A stretch of DNA of 64,000 bases from an uncultured Bdellovibrionales bacterium (GCA_964612055.1 CAZTBI010000001.1:420824-484823); one strand, 5' to 3'. Shown: positions 37,549-48,540, counted from the stretch's first letter. Translations and numbers: made by a program. The notes: generated by a model not told the origin, from the sequence alone.

Positions 37549-37695
37549 CTTATAAAGAACCTTCCCAACGCGGGAATATACAACCTGGCGGATATTTCAC
37601 TGTCAGACACCATCATCTCACCACAAGCTCCTGCTTTTGTACAGTTTTTGTCAACCACCCTCGGTACATAACCGACGTGGTGCCGCGCCTTCGGC

Positions 37696-39114
37696 TCAGT
37701 CCTTTACGACCGGAAACTCTGTACCGATAAAGTTCATCACCCGCTTCTTGTTATCGAGCACCGGCGTGACACGGAGATGGGCCTGGTAAGTAGTGCCGTC
37801 TTTGCGCTTGTTGGTCACCGTACCCTCGAAGACCAGCTTCTGTCGACGGATCGTGTCCCAAAACTCACTATAGAAGGCGCGTGACATCTGACCGCCCCAG
37901 AGCGCTGGGGTCTTGCCCTGCATCTCAGTCCTGGAAAAGCCAGTCATCTTTTCAGCTGCTGGGTTGGCATAGATAATCTTACCTTCGACATCAGTAATGA
38001 CCGTATGATCAGAACTCTGATCAAGTGCCAACCGGAATTTGGTAAGCTCTCTCCAAGTAACGTCCGTCAGACTATCAGATTGCTCCACTTTTTCGATGGC
38101 TCCCTGCATAACTTTCGCCAGGTAAGAGAAGTCGTCAAGGTCGCTCTTCGGCTTGCCTCTCAAGTGCAGTTCATTCACCTTGCTCACCACCCGTTCGATG
38201 CTTTCCACTTTTCTGATAGTAAAGAACTCGACACAGATAAGCAACACGCCGAGATAGGCGAGCATCCAGAAGAAAAGTATCTGCGCAAGATTCCAAAAAG
38301 ACTGCTCCCCGGCTTCAAGAATATCTGCCGGATACTCTATACTGAGCATCACCGAAGGATTTCCGAAAATATTATCGAGCACCGACCAACCGAGCACCTT
38401 CCCCTCGCGAATATCTACCAAAGAAGAGCTACTGCCACTCAAATCAGGAACATCCTGTACATTCCCCGACATAGCGAAGCCATAGGAAGTAATGTCACCT
38501 TTGACCCCTGCGAGCCGACTGAGCGTAGAAACAAACTCTTCATCAATATACCGACCGAAAAACAGGACCCCGCGCTTCGCTCCGTTACCATCGCTCGTCG
38601 TAATCGGCCGTGCTGCCACAAGCAGCATGGCATCCGGTGTCACCAAAATCCCCTGCTTAGCCGCATCTACGCTCTCGAACTCAAGAAGCGAGCTCTGTCC
38701 GATAAATGACTTCAGAAAGGCCTCCGGAATGATGCTCTCTCCAGGGAGCGCCGAGTAGACTTGTTTTCCATAAACCAGTTCGCCCGCATTGTTAACGAAG
38801 GCCATAACATTGACCCCGATCGACAAAAAAGACTCGTCATTCATGTTCGATATGATATATGCATCGTTGCGATCGCTGACGAATTCATAGGTATCGTCCC
38901 AGCGGGCCCAGTCAGATTGCTTGACCGCCAAGTGGTTTGTTTCATTCTCAAGCATCCGCTCCATGGAGGAAAGCTCTCCGTTCGCGTGCGTAATCTGCAA
39001 CTGATGAAAGCTCTTCTCCGTGAAGTACCACAAAAAAGAATAGAGGATCAGAAAAGCCAGACCCGTAGTAGCGATAATGGAAAGATGGGCTTTGTTCCGA
39101 AATGAGAGTTTCAT
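37696..39114 (-). CDS. Membrane sensor protein with a periplasmic Cache/CHASE-like domain and a C-terminal PAS domain. No output domain is present in this ORF.
   Basis: Two TM helices flank a roughly 250-aa extracytoplasmic region. The PAS fold reads VITDVEGKIIYANPAAEKMTGFSRTEMQGK...DGTTYQAHLRVTPV. Confidence 0.65.
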   Translation of the reverse strand: MKLSFRNKAHLSIIATTGLAFLILYSFLWYFTEKSFHQLQITHANGELSSMERMLENETNHLAVKQSDWARWDDTYEFVSDRNDAYIISNMNDESFLSIGVNVMAFVNNAGELVYGKQVYSALPGESIIPEAFLKSFIGQSSLLEFESVDAAKQGILVTPDAMLLVAARPITTSDGNGAKRGVLFFGRYIDEEFVSTLSRLAGVKGDITSYGFAMSGNVQDVPDLSGSSSSLVDIREGKVLGWSVLDNIFGNPSVMLSIEYPADILEAGEQSFWNLAQILFFWMLAYLGVLLICVEFFTIRKVESIERVVSKVNELHLRGKPKSDLDDFSYLAKVMQGAIEKVEQSDSLTDVTWRELTKFRLALDQSSDHTVITDVEGKIIYANPAAEKMTGFSRTEMQGKTPALWGGQMSRAFYSEFWDTIRRQKLVFEGTVTNKRKDGTTYQAHLRVTPVLDNKKRVMNFIGTEFPVVKD

Positions 39115-39125
39115 GATAATGGCGG

Positions 39126-39578
39126 TTACTGCTTACATTGTGAAAGAAGCGACTTCAAAATATCGTGCGCCGTGACGATACCAACCAGTGTTTTCGACTC
39201 ATCCACCACCGGCAGGGTATTGAAGCTTTTCTCAACGCACAGGCAGCCAGCCTCCTCGGCCGTCATCGTAGGACTGACAAAGAGACACGGAGTGGTCATG
39301 AGCTCTCCCGCCGTAATCTCTGATAAGGACTTAGTCTCATCTATCTTGCCCTTCTTACTGCTCAAACGATTCATCAGATAGGAGGTCATGGAAACCGGTC
39401 CGGTATGCCCGTAAAAAAAATCTCCCTCGGCTATGATACCTTGCAGCTCAAAGAGCTCGTTCACGATCGGAACCGCATGGATCTGGTGCTGGGTAATGAG
39501 GTCCGCTACCGCTTGAGCCGAGCTCTCCGCCTTTACGGAAATGATATTGCTCGACATAATCTCCTGTACCGTTGCCAT
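39126..39578 (-). CDS. CBS domain pair protein
   Basis: Two CBS motifs (…AVPIVNE…, …TLPVVDES…GIVTAHDIL). Confidence 0.8.
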   Translation of the reverse strand: MATVQEIMSSNIISVKAESSAQAVADLITQHQIHAVPIVNELFELQGIIAEGDFFYGHTGPVSMTSYLMNRLSSKKGKIDETKSLSEITAGELMTTPCLFVSPTMTAEEAGCLCVEKSFNTLPVVDESKTLVGIVTAHDILKSLLSQCKQ

Positions 39579-39613
39579 ATTTTTGCATTTACTAATTATT
39601 GCGTTACGCTCCC

Positions 39614-41740
39614 CTACTCATACCGGAGCGCGTTGAGCGCCGAAATATTCGTCGCCCGCCGAGCCGGATAGATACCGGTCACAATACCAACAATAAGCGA
39701 GAAGATAAGAATCGCCACAATAAAAGAGGGTGGAATATAGGAAACATCGATAGCGCCCGCCCCCTTGAAAATAGCGAGGAGGGACAGTCCTGCCCCCAAT
39801 GCCTTCCCCCCAATCAATCCCACGAAGAGCCCGAGGATGCCTCCGAAAAAAGCCAATACCATCGACTCTGTCAGAAACAGCTCCTGCACTTCAACCGACT
39901 TCATGCCGATCGCTTTCATGAGACCGACTTCCCGAGTGCGCTCCAAAAGAGAGACTGTTAGGGTATTGAACATACCGAGCGCCGCGACCCCGAGCGCGAC
40001 CATGCCAAGCAACCCCAAGATAATGCGGGCGCTCGCAAAGAAAGAATTGATCTGAGTAACAGTATCAGCCACCGAATTCGTCACAAATCCCATGCCCTCC
40101 ACCTGCTTACGCACATCGGAAAGTACGCTCTGGTTGGCTGCCGTGACCTTGACCTGAGAGTAATACCCTATGCCCAGACCGCGCAGGTCAATGAAGGGCA
40201 CATAGAAAATCGGGCTTTTATCTTCGGGAATGACGCCTACGATCGTGTAGTCTTCTGAGACCGATTCAACCTTTTTCTGGGCATCCGCAAGCAGGCTCCC
40301 TGTAATCACAAAACTCGTATTAAAAGTCTGACCGATGGCCGTGCCCTCTTCAATCGAGAGTACCCGAAGCATGGCCCGACTGACTACCGCTTCTTTCTTG
40401 GCACTAGACGAGAGAGGCACCCGCTCCACATCAGTGGCCGCGCCCTCTTCCCCCTCTCCCTCCACCTCCACCCAACCATCACCAGATTCCTTGATACTCA
40501 GCACTGGAAGCGCACTGCCACCCTGGGCCAGATCTGTCTTTTCTTTGGCGGTCAGCTCTCTCAACGTAAGCCAATCATCCGTGACAGCGAAGTACCCCTG
40601 CTTGGTAACGAGCTCCTCACTCTCGTCTCGAAGAAGCAGGTATTTTCCTCCGACACAATCCGTTTCCGCAGCGGAACAGTCCGTCTCTTCAAAGAGCGAG
40701 AAGCTGGCTCGAATCCATTTTCCCAAACTCTTGCCATCAGCATCTGTGGCCGCATTACCAAACTCGTCTTCGGCTGTATAGCTCCCTCCCCACACCATGG
40801 CCCCAAACTGCTCTATTCCCTCAATCTTGGCAAACCCGAGAATCGCCGACTGAGAATCAGGACTTTCCCGCAAACGCACCCAGTGCTGCCCTGCCCCAGA
40901 AAAAGCGACATCTTCGATGGTGTCACCTGATTTTTTCGGAACCGTCCGAGATTCGCTCGTCATTTGATCAATCGCAGGCAGCGTCAAATCATTGCTTTCA
41001 AAGAATCCTCCTTGAATTGGACGAATGGCTGATTGTTCCAGGTACTGCGTCGTCACTCCATACACCGCCATATCGGAGACAGAGTTCTGATAGTTGACTC
41101 GTCCCACGACTGCAATGACGGGCTCTGCGGAATCCACATTCGGGATCTGGTTGAAATCATTGATAGTAGTGTCGCTAATTTTGATCTTTCCGCCCGGTTG
41201 CAAAGAAACATCCGCCTGCTGCATCTCTTCCAGTTTCGCCACCTGAGAGATTACTAGACGCTGGAGACCATACCCGATAGACACCAAGAAGACAATAGAC
41301 CCGATACCGATGGCCATGCCGCCAATAGTGACAGCCGTTCGGGTCTTCTTTCCCTTCATATTCCGGATGGCGATCTCGATCAGACTCACCTTGTCGATAC
41401 TCTCGCCGTTGGCCGTACGGAAAAAACGAAAGAGTCGTTCCGCATAACGGGAGAAGAGAATTTCCGAGGGCGTATTCATAGTCAGCGCCTCCGGAGAAGA
41501 ATGCTTCTCCCTCCAAAGAACCCTCCAGTACCAGATACGAAAAGTGATTTTCGCTAATATGTAGATCAGGATAAGCAAAATAAACATGACAATCCGGATG
41601 AAGCTGTGCCGAAAAAAGTTACCGGTTGCCCGCAGAAAACCCATCACTCCCCAACTCTTCGGAACTGAGGCCGTCACTTCAGCGGGTGCCGAGACTGCTT
41701 CTGCGTTCTCTTTTTCTGTTTGTTTTGGTTTCCACCACAT
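39614..41740 (-). CDS. MacB/FtsX-family ABC transporter permease with a large periplasmic domain (708 aa) and an N-terminal extension carrying an extra TM segment
   Basis: MacB-like N-terminal TM1 (TAVTIGGMAIGIGSIVFLVSIGYG), a roughly 400-aa periplasmic domain, and a C-terminal FtsX 3-TM bundle. Immediately downstream of the ATPase with a 3-nt gap. Confidence 0.8.
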   Translation of the reverse strand: MWWKPKQTEKENAEAVSAPAEVTASVPKSWGVMGFLRATGNFFRHSFIRIVMFILLILIYILAKITFRIWYWRVLWREKHSSPEALTMNTPSEILFSRYAERLFRFFRTANGESIDKVSLIEIAIRNMKGKKTRTAVTIGGMAIGIGSIVFLVSIGYGLQRLVISQVAKLEEMQQADVSLQPGGKIKISDTTINDFNQIPNVDSAEPVIAVVGRVNYQNSVSDMAVYGVTTQYLEQSAIRPIQGGFFESNDLTLPAIDQMTSESRTVPKKSGDTIEDVAFSGAGQHWVRLRESPDSQSAILGFAKIEGIEQFGAMVWGGSYTAEDEFGNAATDADGKSLGKWIRASFSLFEETDCSAAETDCVGGKYLLLRDESEELVTKQGYFAVTDDWLTLRELTAKEKTDLAQGGSALPVLSIKESGDGWVEVEGEGEEGAATDVERVPLSSSAKKEAVVSRAMLRVLSIEEGTAIGQTFNTSFVITGSLLADAQKKVESVSEDYTIVGVIPEDKSPIFYVPFIDLRGLGIGYYSQVKVTAANQSVLSDVRKQVEGMGFVTNSVADTVTQINSFFASARIILGLLGMVALGVAALGMFNTLTVSLLERTREVGLMKAIGMKSVEVQELFLTESMVLAFFGGILGLFVGLIGGKALGAGLSLLAIFKGAGAIDVSYIPPSFIVAILIFSLIVGIVTGIYPARRATNISALNALRYE

Positions 41741-41743
41741 AGG

Positions 41744-42673
41744 CTATTGCTTATTGAGACTGCCAAAGTCGGCCTTCTTATAGGTCAGCTTGGCCTCGAG
41801 CGCTGCTTTGTCCGCATCACGGTATACGCCCTCAATGCGTCCGTCTCGCATATTGAGCGCTGTCTTTGAATAGCGGATGTACTCAAGATCATGCGTCACC
41901 ATAATGATGGTCTTCCCCATGTTATTGAGATCATTCAACAGGTACATAAGATTCTGACCTGCCTCGTAGTCGAGGTTACCAGTCGGCTCATCTGCCACCA
42001 GCACTTCCGGGTCGGTGATAATGGCCCGCGCCACCGATACGCGCTGCTGCTGCCCTCCCGAAAGCTCCATAGGATGGTAGTGTGCCCAGTCTTCCATTTT
42101 CATAAGTTTCAGCGTCTCATAGGCTTTTTCCAAACAGCTAGTCTTATCCTTTCCCAAAAGCATGAGCGGAAATGCCACGTTTTCCAAGACAGTGAGTGAT
42201 TTCACCCAATTCGACTGCTGATACACCATCCCGATATGGTGCTTGCGGAACTGTGCCCGATCATCCTCGTTCCGACCAGCGTACATGTCCTCTCCCAAAA
42301 ATGTGATAGTGCCCTTTGTTGGCGGTTCCAGTCCGAGCAGAATATGAAGGAGTGTGGACTTGCCGCATCCGGACGATCCGAAGAGCACCACAAAGTCCCC
42401 GCGCGTGACGCTAAAAGAGACCCCTTTCAAGACCAGTGCCATCTGAGTCCCGATATCGAACGCCTTAACGACGCCCTCTGCCCGGATAATTTCTTCACCG
42501 CTCCCTGCCGGAGCAGCGGCTACCTGCGGAGGAGGTCCCTCTGGCACGGGCGGTGCCGGATCGACCACCACGGGTGCCTCCTCAGGGACAGTGACAGTCT
42601 TCGGTAAAGGTACCGGAGGGGCTGACGCAACCTTTTTTCGAGTGCGAGTTTTGCGACCAAGAAGAACAGGCAT
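41744..42673 (-). CDS. ABC transporter ATP-binding protein (MacB/LolD-type) with a Pro-rich N-terminal extension
   Basis: Walker [12 protein letters not shown], signature [14 protein letters not shown] and Walker [12 protein letters not shown]. Confidence 0.9.
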   Translation of the reverse strand: MPVLLGRKTRTRKKVASAPPVPLPKTVTVPEEAPVVVDPAPPVPEGPPPQVAAAPAGSGEEIIRAEGVVKAFDIGTQMALVLKGVSFSVTRGDFVVLFGSSGCGKSTLLHILLGLEPPTKGTITFLGEDMYAGRNEDDRAQFRKHHIGMVYQQSNWVKSLTVLENVAFPLMLLGKDKTSCLEKAYETLKLMKMEDWAHYHPMELSGGQQQRVSVARAIITDPEVLVADEPTGNLDYEAGQNLMYLLNDLNNMGKTIIMVTHDLEYIRYSKTALNMRDGRIEGVYRDADKAALEAKLTYKKADFGSLNKQ

Positions 42674-42684
42674 AACGTTTATAT

Positions 42685-45600
42685 TTATTGACCAAAAATC
42701 GATCGGAGGCTCGTAACCACCAGATCAAGCGCGTTGGCTGTCGCCTTCGGAGTGATGGCAACCGTATCGATCGAATTCCCCACATTTCCAGCCTTGTCGC
42801 GAGAAATAATGCGCAAGTGATACACCTTTGATGGCGTCAGCCCGGAAATGATTACTGTATGATTCGTCACCAAATTGGTGTCCTCCTGCGTTTTCTGAGC
42901 GTAGGTTGCTCCGGTACCCTCTCCGTATTCTACCTGAGAGGTTGATTGTTCGTCAGTAGTCCACGAAACCACGAGCTGCGCTTCGGCTTCTGCCTCACTG
43001 TTTTTCCCTCCCCGAGTGGCTACCGTTCCCTCGACGTTCACCTCTGATATCTGAGGTGGGCGAGTGTCAGTCGCCGTGGTAAAGTGCTGCGGGTCGGATT
43101 TCGCCTCATTCCCCGCCTTATCACGGCCCTTCACGATCAGGGTATAGGGCATCTGCGGCAGCAGGTTCCGGATCATCATCTTGTGCTCTCCCTTCAGAAG
43201 CTTCACATTCACCTCATCGCGAAGTTCCTCCGGACGACCATCCGGGTAGTAACTCACGATAGAAGAGGTGTCCGTATTGGTTGACCAGCTGATCAGCATG
43301 ACAGTCTGAGCCGAGCCACGCACCTGCTGGATACGCGCGTTCGATATCTTCGGTCGAGGCAGCGTCTCAAATGAAAGTGTGCTGCCATCGTACTCCTCCT
43401 CCTCACTATCCAACGTATTGACCTTGTAGTAGTATTTCGTTCCGTCTTGCAGTTCGTCCAGAGTCACATTGTAGGCCGTTTTGGTCGTCGAGGTGGCAAT
43501 CTCCTTGACGCTCCCGAATGAAGATGTCGTGCCGTAGTAGATCTTTACAGTGTTCGCATTCTCCACCGTAAACTCCAAGACAACATCAGACAGCCCGATA
43601 GTCTTGGCTGTCGGATCCGTTACAGTCGGGGCCGGCGTCGTTTCAAAGCTGTCCTCCGTCGATACCCCCGTATTGCCATCCTCGTCGGTCCACTTGGCCT
43701 TGAAATAGTAACGTGTTCCTGGCGATAGGTTTGTCAGATGGATCTCATGATCGGTAAGCTGATCCGAATTGCTAGGCTCTTCGCTATAGTACGAACGAGC
43801 ACTCTTGCCATACTGGATCTTACTGTCCGAAGCCCGATCAGTGCTCCATGCGATGGTCGCGGCCCGCGTTGTGATAGCCGACACCTTCGGTTCGGCAGAA
43901 AGTTCCGCCGCCGAAGTAAAGCGTCCCGATGGCAGCAATTCCACAGACGTACTGTACGAACCGCAATTCTGTACATTGTCGCAGGCCCGGACCTTGTAGT
44001 AATACGTTGTCTGACTCAGTCCGGTATCGACAAAAGCAATACCGGTGGTGGCCGCCGAATAGCTATAGGTCGTACCATCGGTCGAACGGTAAATCTGATA
44101 CTCATCAACGGTTCCGCTCGACGGCGCCTCCCAGGAAAGGGCGATCTTCCATGAGCTAGTGCTTTTGACTGAAACATCCGCAATTTCTATGCTGAGCGGT
44201 ATTCCCGGAGCGCTCGTATTGGCAGTAAATTCAATGCTGTCATAAGCCCCATAATTAATCGCGCCTCCGACATCATCGTGGTTCTTAGCCACGACATAAA
44301 ACGTATTGGTTCCGACTTGTGTTGCAAAAGCAGAGGCCGACAGGGAAGTAGCTCCAGCCGAAGTAAAGCTGCAGGTAATTTCTGAAGGAAGGGTGTTGAC
44401 CGTGTAGCAATAGGTGAGATCCTCTTCATCGCCTGAGTAACTCGACGGCGGATCCCAAGAAAAAGCAAAGGAATTAACCGTATTGGTAGCCGGTGTTGCA
44501 TCGAGATTTTGCGGAGCCGTTGGGCCGCTCCCAGCATAGTAAAACGCTACCTGAACCGTAGTACTCGACACATTCCCGGCATTATCGAGCGTCCGCAGAT
44601 AGAAATAATTCGCACCCGTCTGATACGCAGCTCCCGGGAGATTAACGCTCGTTGAGGCGGTAGTCGACGACCAGTCATCAGCATCTACTGATTCGTTCAC
44701 CTGATACTGATAGCCAGCGACGCCAGACGAAGCATCACTCGAAGTAGCCGTCCAGAAAAAGGTGAAGTCATTGGTGGAAGAATACCCCGTGGGAGCCACG
44801 GTCACTCCCGATGGATTCTGTGGGCCAACGGTATCAAGCTTATAAACAAACGCTGCATAAACCGAACTAACGTTCTGGGCATTATCCCGAGCCCGGATGC
44901 GAAGGTAGTAGGTCTGTCCACTGGTCAGACTAGAGGCTGTATAGGTACTCCCCACCTGAAAGGCCCCTGCCGTCTGCGGGTCCGCCGTATTGTCTGTCCC
45001 AAAATAAACGTAATATCCTCCGACTCCTGATCCTCCTGTGTCGCTCGCGCCGCTCCAACTGAAATAGGGCGCCGCATAAGTATACCAAGTGTCCGTCGTC
45101 AAAGACGTCAGTCCACCGCTTTCATTGAGGGCGGTAAGCGAACTTGGCGCTACTGGTGCCACGACATCGGCAGTCGATTCCATGATCACTTCATTCAGCG
45201 TGACAAGTTGATTGCCATCACCATCAAGCACCGCTTGCCACAAAAACCCGTCATCCGTGACCGGAAAAGTAGGGATATTCGTATTAATGACTGCCGCACT
45301 ATTTGATTCCGAGAGACTCGATGAAGTAGCCCAGGCTGCGCCGCTCCAGTACTTCCAGGTCGTTCCACCATCATCAGACAGCCGGTAGGTAATCGTACCT
45401 CCGTTGGCTGCTTCATCCGTCGTAAAGGTGTCCCATGATTTTACACCCGACAAGCGTATCGCACTGGTAGGCCTCACCCCTACCGGACTACTGGTATACG
45501 GCGTCGTATTGAAAGAAGAACGATCAATGTTACTGATACGGACCTCATCGATTGAACCGTCAAAATACCCCTGGGCAATACCACTTTCTCTTCCCCCTCC

Positions 45601-48540
45601 TGTTGTTCCAATATAGAGACTACTTGATCCATCTGCCATGGAAAGCGATTGCGAGACAGAGTTATCCAAAACCCCATCAATGTAGAGCTTCATGGTCGCC
45701 CCATCATAGGTAGCCGCTATGTGGTGCCAATTAGTATCTTGTCCTACGGTCGTCGACTGTAAGACGCCGTTTTGTCCATACGACCATACTCCTGCATCAG
45801 CATTAGCCGTGTTACCTGTCCCCGCAAAGAGTTTTCCAGAATAGACACTGAAGCTCGTGACCAATTCTATAGTGTTGGCCCAGCTGGAATTTAATGTGTT
45901 TCCAGCAATCTTGATCCATGTCCCACCCGAGTACTCCCATACTTCTCCGTCACCAGCCGTATTCCCTAGACCAGCTATGAGTTTGCCATTATAAACGGTC
46001 ATTGTTTTGACCTGTTCGTAAGTCCCAGCCGTCCAGCTCCCATTCAGATCATCTCCACCTACCTGTGTCCAAGCAGAGCCATTCCAACTCCATACATCTG
46101 CATCTCCAGCAGTCACACCGAGACCAGCATACAGACTGCCATTGTAAACAATCATGTAATCTACATCTTCGATAGTATTATCCCAACCAGAGTTTATGCC
46201 GTCCCCACCTACCTTCCCCCATACAGTCCCATTCCAACGCCAGACTTCGCTATCCCCAGCCGTCACGCCAAGACCAGCGTAAAGGTAATCTTCATAAACT
46301 GCCATCGAGAGAACACTCTCGTAGTTGGTGGTCCAGCCTGAGTTCGTACTATCACCACCAATTTTGGTCCAGGCAGAGCCATTCCAACGCCATACTTCAG
46401 CATCATTGGCACTCACCCCTAATCCAACATGAAGGTCTCCCTGATACACAGCCATAGAAAGAACACTCTCGTAGTTGGTGGTCCAGCCTGAGTTCAGACT
46501 ATCGCCACCAATTTTGGTCCAGGCAGAGCCATTCCAACGCCACACTTCAGCATCATTGGCAGTGGTACCGAGACCGACATAGAGATTGCCACCATCACTG
46601 ATCATGGAAGTGACCGACTCAAAAGTCTTCCCTGCCCAGCTTGAGTTAACACCCTGGCCACCAATGAGGGTCCAAGTACTCCCGTCAAATTCCCATACCA
46701 GAGCATTCCCAGCAACCGTTAACCCCGTTCCTGCGTAGAGTTTATCCGAATACGTCGTCATACTTTCCACGCTCTGAAGATTGAAAAAACCCCAGCTATG
46801 GTTATAGTAGTTACCTCCGACCTGAGTCCAAACACCACCACTATAGGCCCACACCTCCGAGCTTACCGATCCAGTCAGTCCGGCATAAAGAGTCGTTCCT
46901 ACATAACTCAGAGTTGATACAATCGTATGAGTATTAGTGAACCCAGAGTTGATAGCATCACCACCAATCTTGGTCCAAGCTGAACCATTCCAACTCCACA
47001 CTTCATTATCACCTGCAGTAGCACCGAGACCAGCATAGACGTTGGTGCCATCACCTCGAAGTGAATAGACAGCCTCATACGTACTTCCTGCCCAACCGGA
47101 ATTGAGAGCATCACCACCAATCTGTGTCCAGGTGCCAGAGGTGTAACTCCAGAGATCAGCATCACCCGCCGTTGTTCCGAGTCCTACATACAAAGTTGAC
47201 CCTTGATACAGCATGCTCGTTACCGTCTCAAAAGTAGAGTTTGCCCAACTCGAATTTACTGCATCCCCACCAATCCTCGTCCAAGCTGAACCATTCCAAC
47301 TCCACACTTCAGCATCACCTGCCGTCAACCCCAACCCGACATACAAGTTCGTCCCGTCATTGACCATCTGGTACACGTACTCGAAGTTCGTCGTCCAGCC
47401 TGAGTTCAGGCTGTCCCCTCCAATCTTGGTCCAAGCTGAACCGTTCCAACTCCACACTTCAGCATCATTAGCAGTCGAACCCAACCCAGCATACAGCGTA
47501 TCATCAAAGTAGCTCATGCTATACACTACTTCAAAGGTACTGACGGCCCAGCTGGAATTAATAGCATCACCACCAATTCTGGACCAGGTAGAACCGTTCC
47601 AACGCCACACTTCAGCATCTCCAGCGGTCGCACCCAGACCCGCGTAGATATTGGTACCATCCGTAGTCAACGAATAAACTCCCTCAAAAGTTTGATCAGC
47701 CCAACTCGAGTTGAGCCCATCACCACCAATCTGGGTCCATATCGTTCCATCCCAACTCCAGACCTCAGCATCACCGATAGCATTCCCTAATCCGACATAG
47801 AGTGTATCGTCGATGACGGTCTGAGATTCGATTGAAATCTTGCCGTTCAGGTCCCAGCTATCATTAATGTCATTCCCTGCTTGTTGGGTCCAGGTGGTTT
47901 CTGAACCATCGGCCAATTCGTACTGGATTTTTCCCGTATTGTAGTTATAAAACAAGCGGTAGTCCCCTTTATCGATTACTCCCTGATTATTGTCATGACT
48001 CCCGGCTGAAAACGTAGTATCAAACTTCGTCCAGGCTTCGAGCGTATTGTCCTGAGAAAGCGATAGGCTCGCGGAGTCAGGGACCGAAACAAAGTCGGAA
48101 TTGCCATCAAAGGTCAACGCATTGTTCAAATTCCCTGCCCCGAAGGTGGCACCCGTCACTGCCCCATCATTAGCATTACTCGAGGCATCATCGGCTGTGG
48201 AGCCGCTCGATTCATCCAAATGAAAGAGTGCCACCGTATCAGCGTCGCTCGTATAATTCTGTACTTTGAGTCGGGCGGTTGATGAAGCCACCTCGACTAG
48301 CGCGGCGTCCGAGGGCGTATAATCATCAGAAACCGAGAAGTTCCATGTATCGGCAGTATCAGCAGCAAAGATCTTGGGAATAACACCAGAGAGCGTGAGG
48401 TAGAATCCGAAAACGGCTCCGGAAAAGAGAAAAAAGAGACTGACTACGTTAAATTGCCAACGAAAAACCAACACTTTTCTTGCGAAAAAGCGCCGAAAAA
48501 ATCCGGATGTCTGTTTCTTTTTTTTTGTTTCTCGGGGCAT
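42685..48540 (-). CDS. Giant cell-surface protein (1951 aa). Architecture: N-terminal TM anchor, LamG/concanavalin-like domain, about 13 tandem ~52-aa repeats (GLG.TAGDAEVW.WNGS.WT.IGGD.LNS.W, beta-propeller-like), a jelly-roll region, then multiple fibronectin-III-like domains.
   Basis: Single uninterrupted ORF with periodic repeats at both the protein and DNA level. LamG motif around ...NALTFDGNSDFVSVPDSASLSL.... Fn3/PKD-like segments lie in the C-terminal third. Confidence 0.85.
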   Translation of the reverse strand: MPRETKKKKQTSGFFRRFFARKVLVFRWQFNVVSLFFLFSGAVFGFYLTLSGVIPKIFAADTADTWNFSVSDDYTPSDAALVEVASSTARLKVQNYTSDADTVALFHLDESSGSTADDASSNANDGAVTGATFGAGNLNNALTFDGNSDFVSVPDSASLSLSQDNTLEAWTKFDTTFSAGSHDNNQGVIDKGDYRLFYNYNTGKIQYELADGSETTWTQQAGNDINDSWDLNGKISIESQTVIDDTLYVGLGNAIGDAEVWSWDGTIWTQIGGDGLNSSWADQTFEGVYSLTTDGTNIYAGLGATAGDAEVWRWNGSTWSRIGGDAINSSWAVSTFEVVYSMSYFDDTLYAGLGSTANDAEVWSWNGSAWTKIGGDSLNSGWTTNFEYVYQMVNDGTNLYVGLGLTAGDAEVWSWNGSAWTRIGGDAVNSSWANSTFETVTSMLYQGSTLYVGLGTTAGDADLWSYTSGTWTQIGGDALNSGWAGSTYEAVYSLRGDGTNVYAGLGATAGDNEVWSWNGSAWTKIGGDAINSGFTNTHTIVSTLSYVGTTLYAGLTGSVSSEVWAYSGGVWTQVGGNYYNHSWGFFNLQSVESMTTYSDKLYAGTGLTVAGNALVWEFDGSTWTLIGGQGVNSSWAGKTFESVTSMISDGGNLYVGLGTTANDAEVWRWNGSAWTKIGGDSLNSGWTTNYESVLSMAVYQGDLHVGLGVSANDAEVWRWNGSAWTKIGGDSTNSGWTTNYESVLSMAVYEDYLYAGLGVTAGDSEVWRWNGTVWGKVGGDGINSGWDNTIEDVDYMIVYNGSLYAGLGVTAGDADVWSWNGSAWTQVGGDDLNGSWTAGTYEQVKTMTVYNGKLIAGLGNTAGDGEVWEYSGGTWIKIAGNTLNSSWANTIELVTSFSVYSGKLFAGTGNTANADAGVWSYGQNGVLQSTTVGQDTNWHHIAATYDGATMKLYIDGVLDNSVSQSLSMADGSSSLYIGTTGGGRESGIAQGYFDGSIDEVRISNIDRSSFNTTPYTSSPVGVRPTSAIRLSGVKSWDTFTTDEAANGGTITYRLSDDGGTTWKYWSGAAWATSSSLSESNSAAVINTNIPTFPVTDDGFLWQAVLDGDGNQLVTLNEVIMESTADVVAPVAPSSLTALNESGGLTSLTTDTWYTYAAPYFSWSGASDTGGSGVGGYYVYFGTDNTADPQTAGAFQVGSTYTASSLTSGQTYYLRIRARDNAQNVSSVYAAFVYKLDTVGPQNPSGVTVAPTGYSSTNDFTFFWTATSSDASSGVAGYQYQVNESVDADDWSSTTASTSVNLPGAAYQTGANYFYLRTLDNAGNVSSTTVQVAFYYAGSGPTAPQNLDATPATNTVNSFAFSWDPPSSYSGDEEDLTYCYTVNTLPSEITCSFTSAGATSLSASAFATQVGTNTFYVVAKNHDDVGGAINYGAYDSIEFTANTSAPGIPLSIEIADVSVKSTSSWKIALSWEAPSSGTVDEYQIYRSTDGTTYSYSAATTGIAFVDTGLSQTTYYYKVRACDNVQNCGSYSTSVELLPSGRFTSAAELSAEPKVSAITTRAATIAWSTDRASDSKIQYGKSARSYYSEEPSNSDQLTDHEIHLTNLSPGTRYYFKAKWTDEDGNTGVSTEDSFETTPAPTVTDPTAKTIGLSDVVLEFTVENANTVKIYYGTTSSFGSVKEIATSTTKTAYNVTLDELQDGTKYYYKVNTLDSEEEEYDGSTLSFETLPRPKISNARIQQVRGSAQTVMLISWSTNTDTSSIVSYYPDGRPEELRDEVNVKLLKGEHKMMIRNLLPQMPYTLIVKGRDKAGNEAKSDPQHFTTATDTRPPQISEVNVEGTVATRGGKNSEAEAEAQLVVSWTTDEQSTSQVEYGEGTGATYAQKTQEDTNLVTNHTVIISGLTPSKVYHLRIISRDKAGNVGNSIDTVAITPKATANALDLVVTSLRSIFGQ
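45700..47800 (-). repeat. Intragenic tandem repeats (about 156-nt units, some pairs nearly identical) encoding the propeller-like repeats of the giant protein
   Basis: For example, 46320-46420 and 46455-46555 match at roughly 95% nucleotide identity. A repeated motif ccattccaac(t/g)ccacacttcagcatc recurs throughout. Confidence 0.8.

Noticed and set aside
39614-39900. Possible separate small ORF forming the N-terminal 90 aa of the MacB-like permease
   Set aside because: It is in-frame and continuous with the permease and starts 3 nt after the ATPase stop. It is kept as a single gene, with the note that the true start may be the internal Met (MNTPSEILF...).
43084-47512. Multiple 60-140-aa ORFs on both strands inside the giant surface-protein gene
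   Set aside because: All are embedded in a single uninterrupted 5.8-kb ORF with coherent domain and repeat structure. The alternative frames are rich in Arg/Ser/Pro and are typical of frame shadows.
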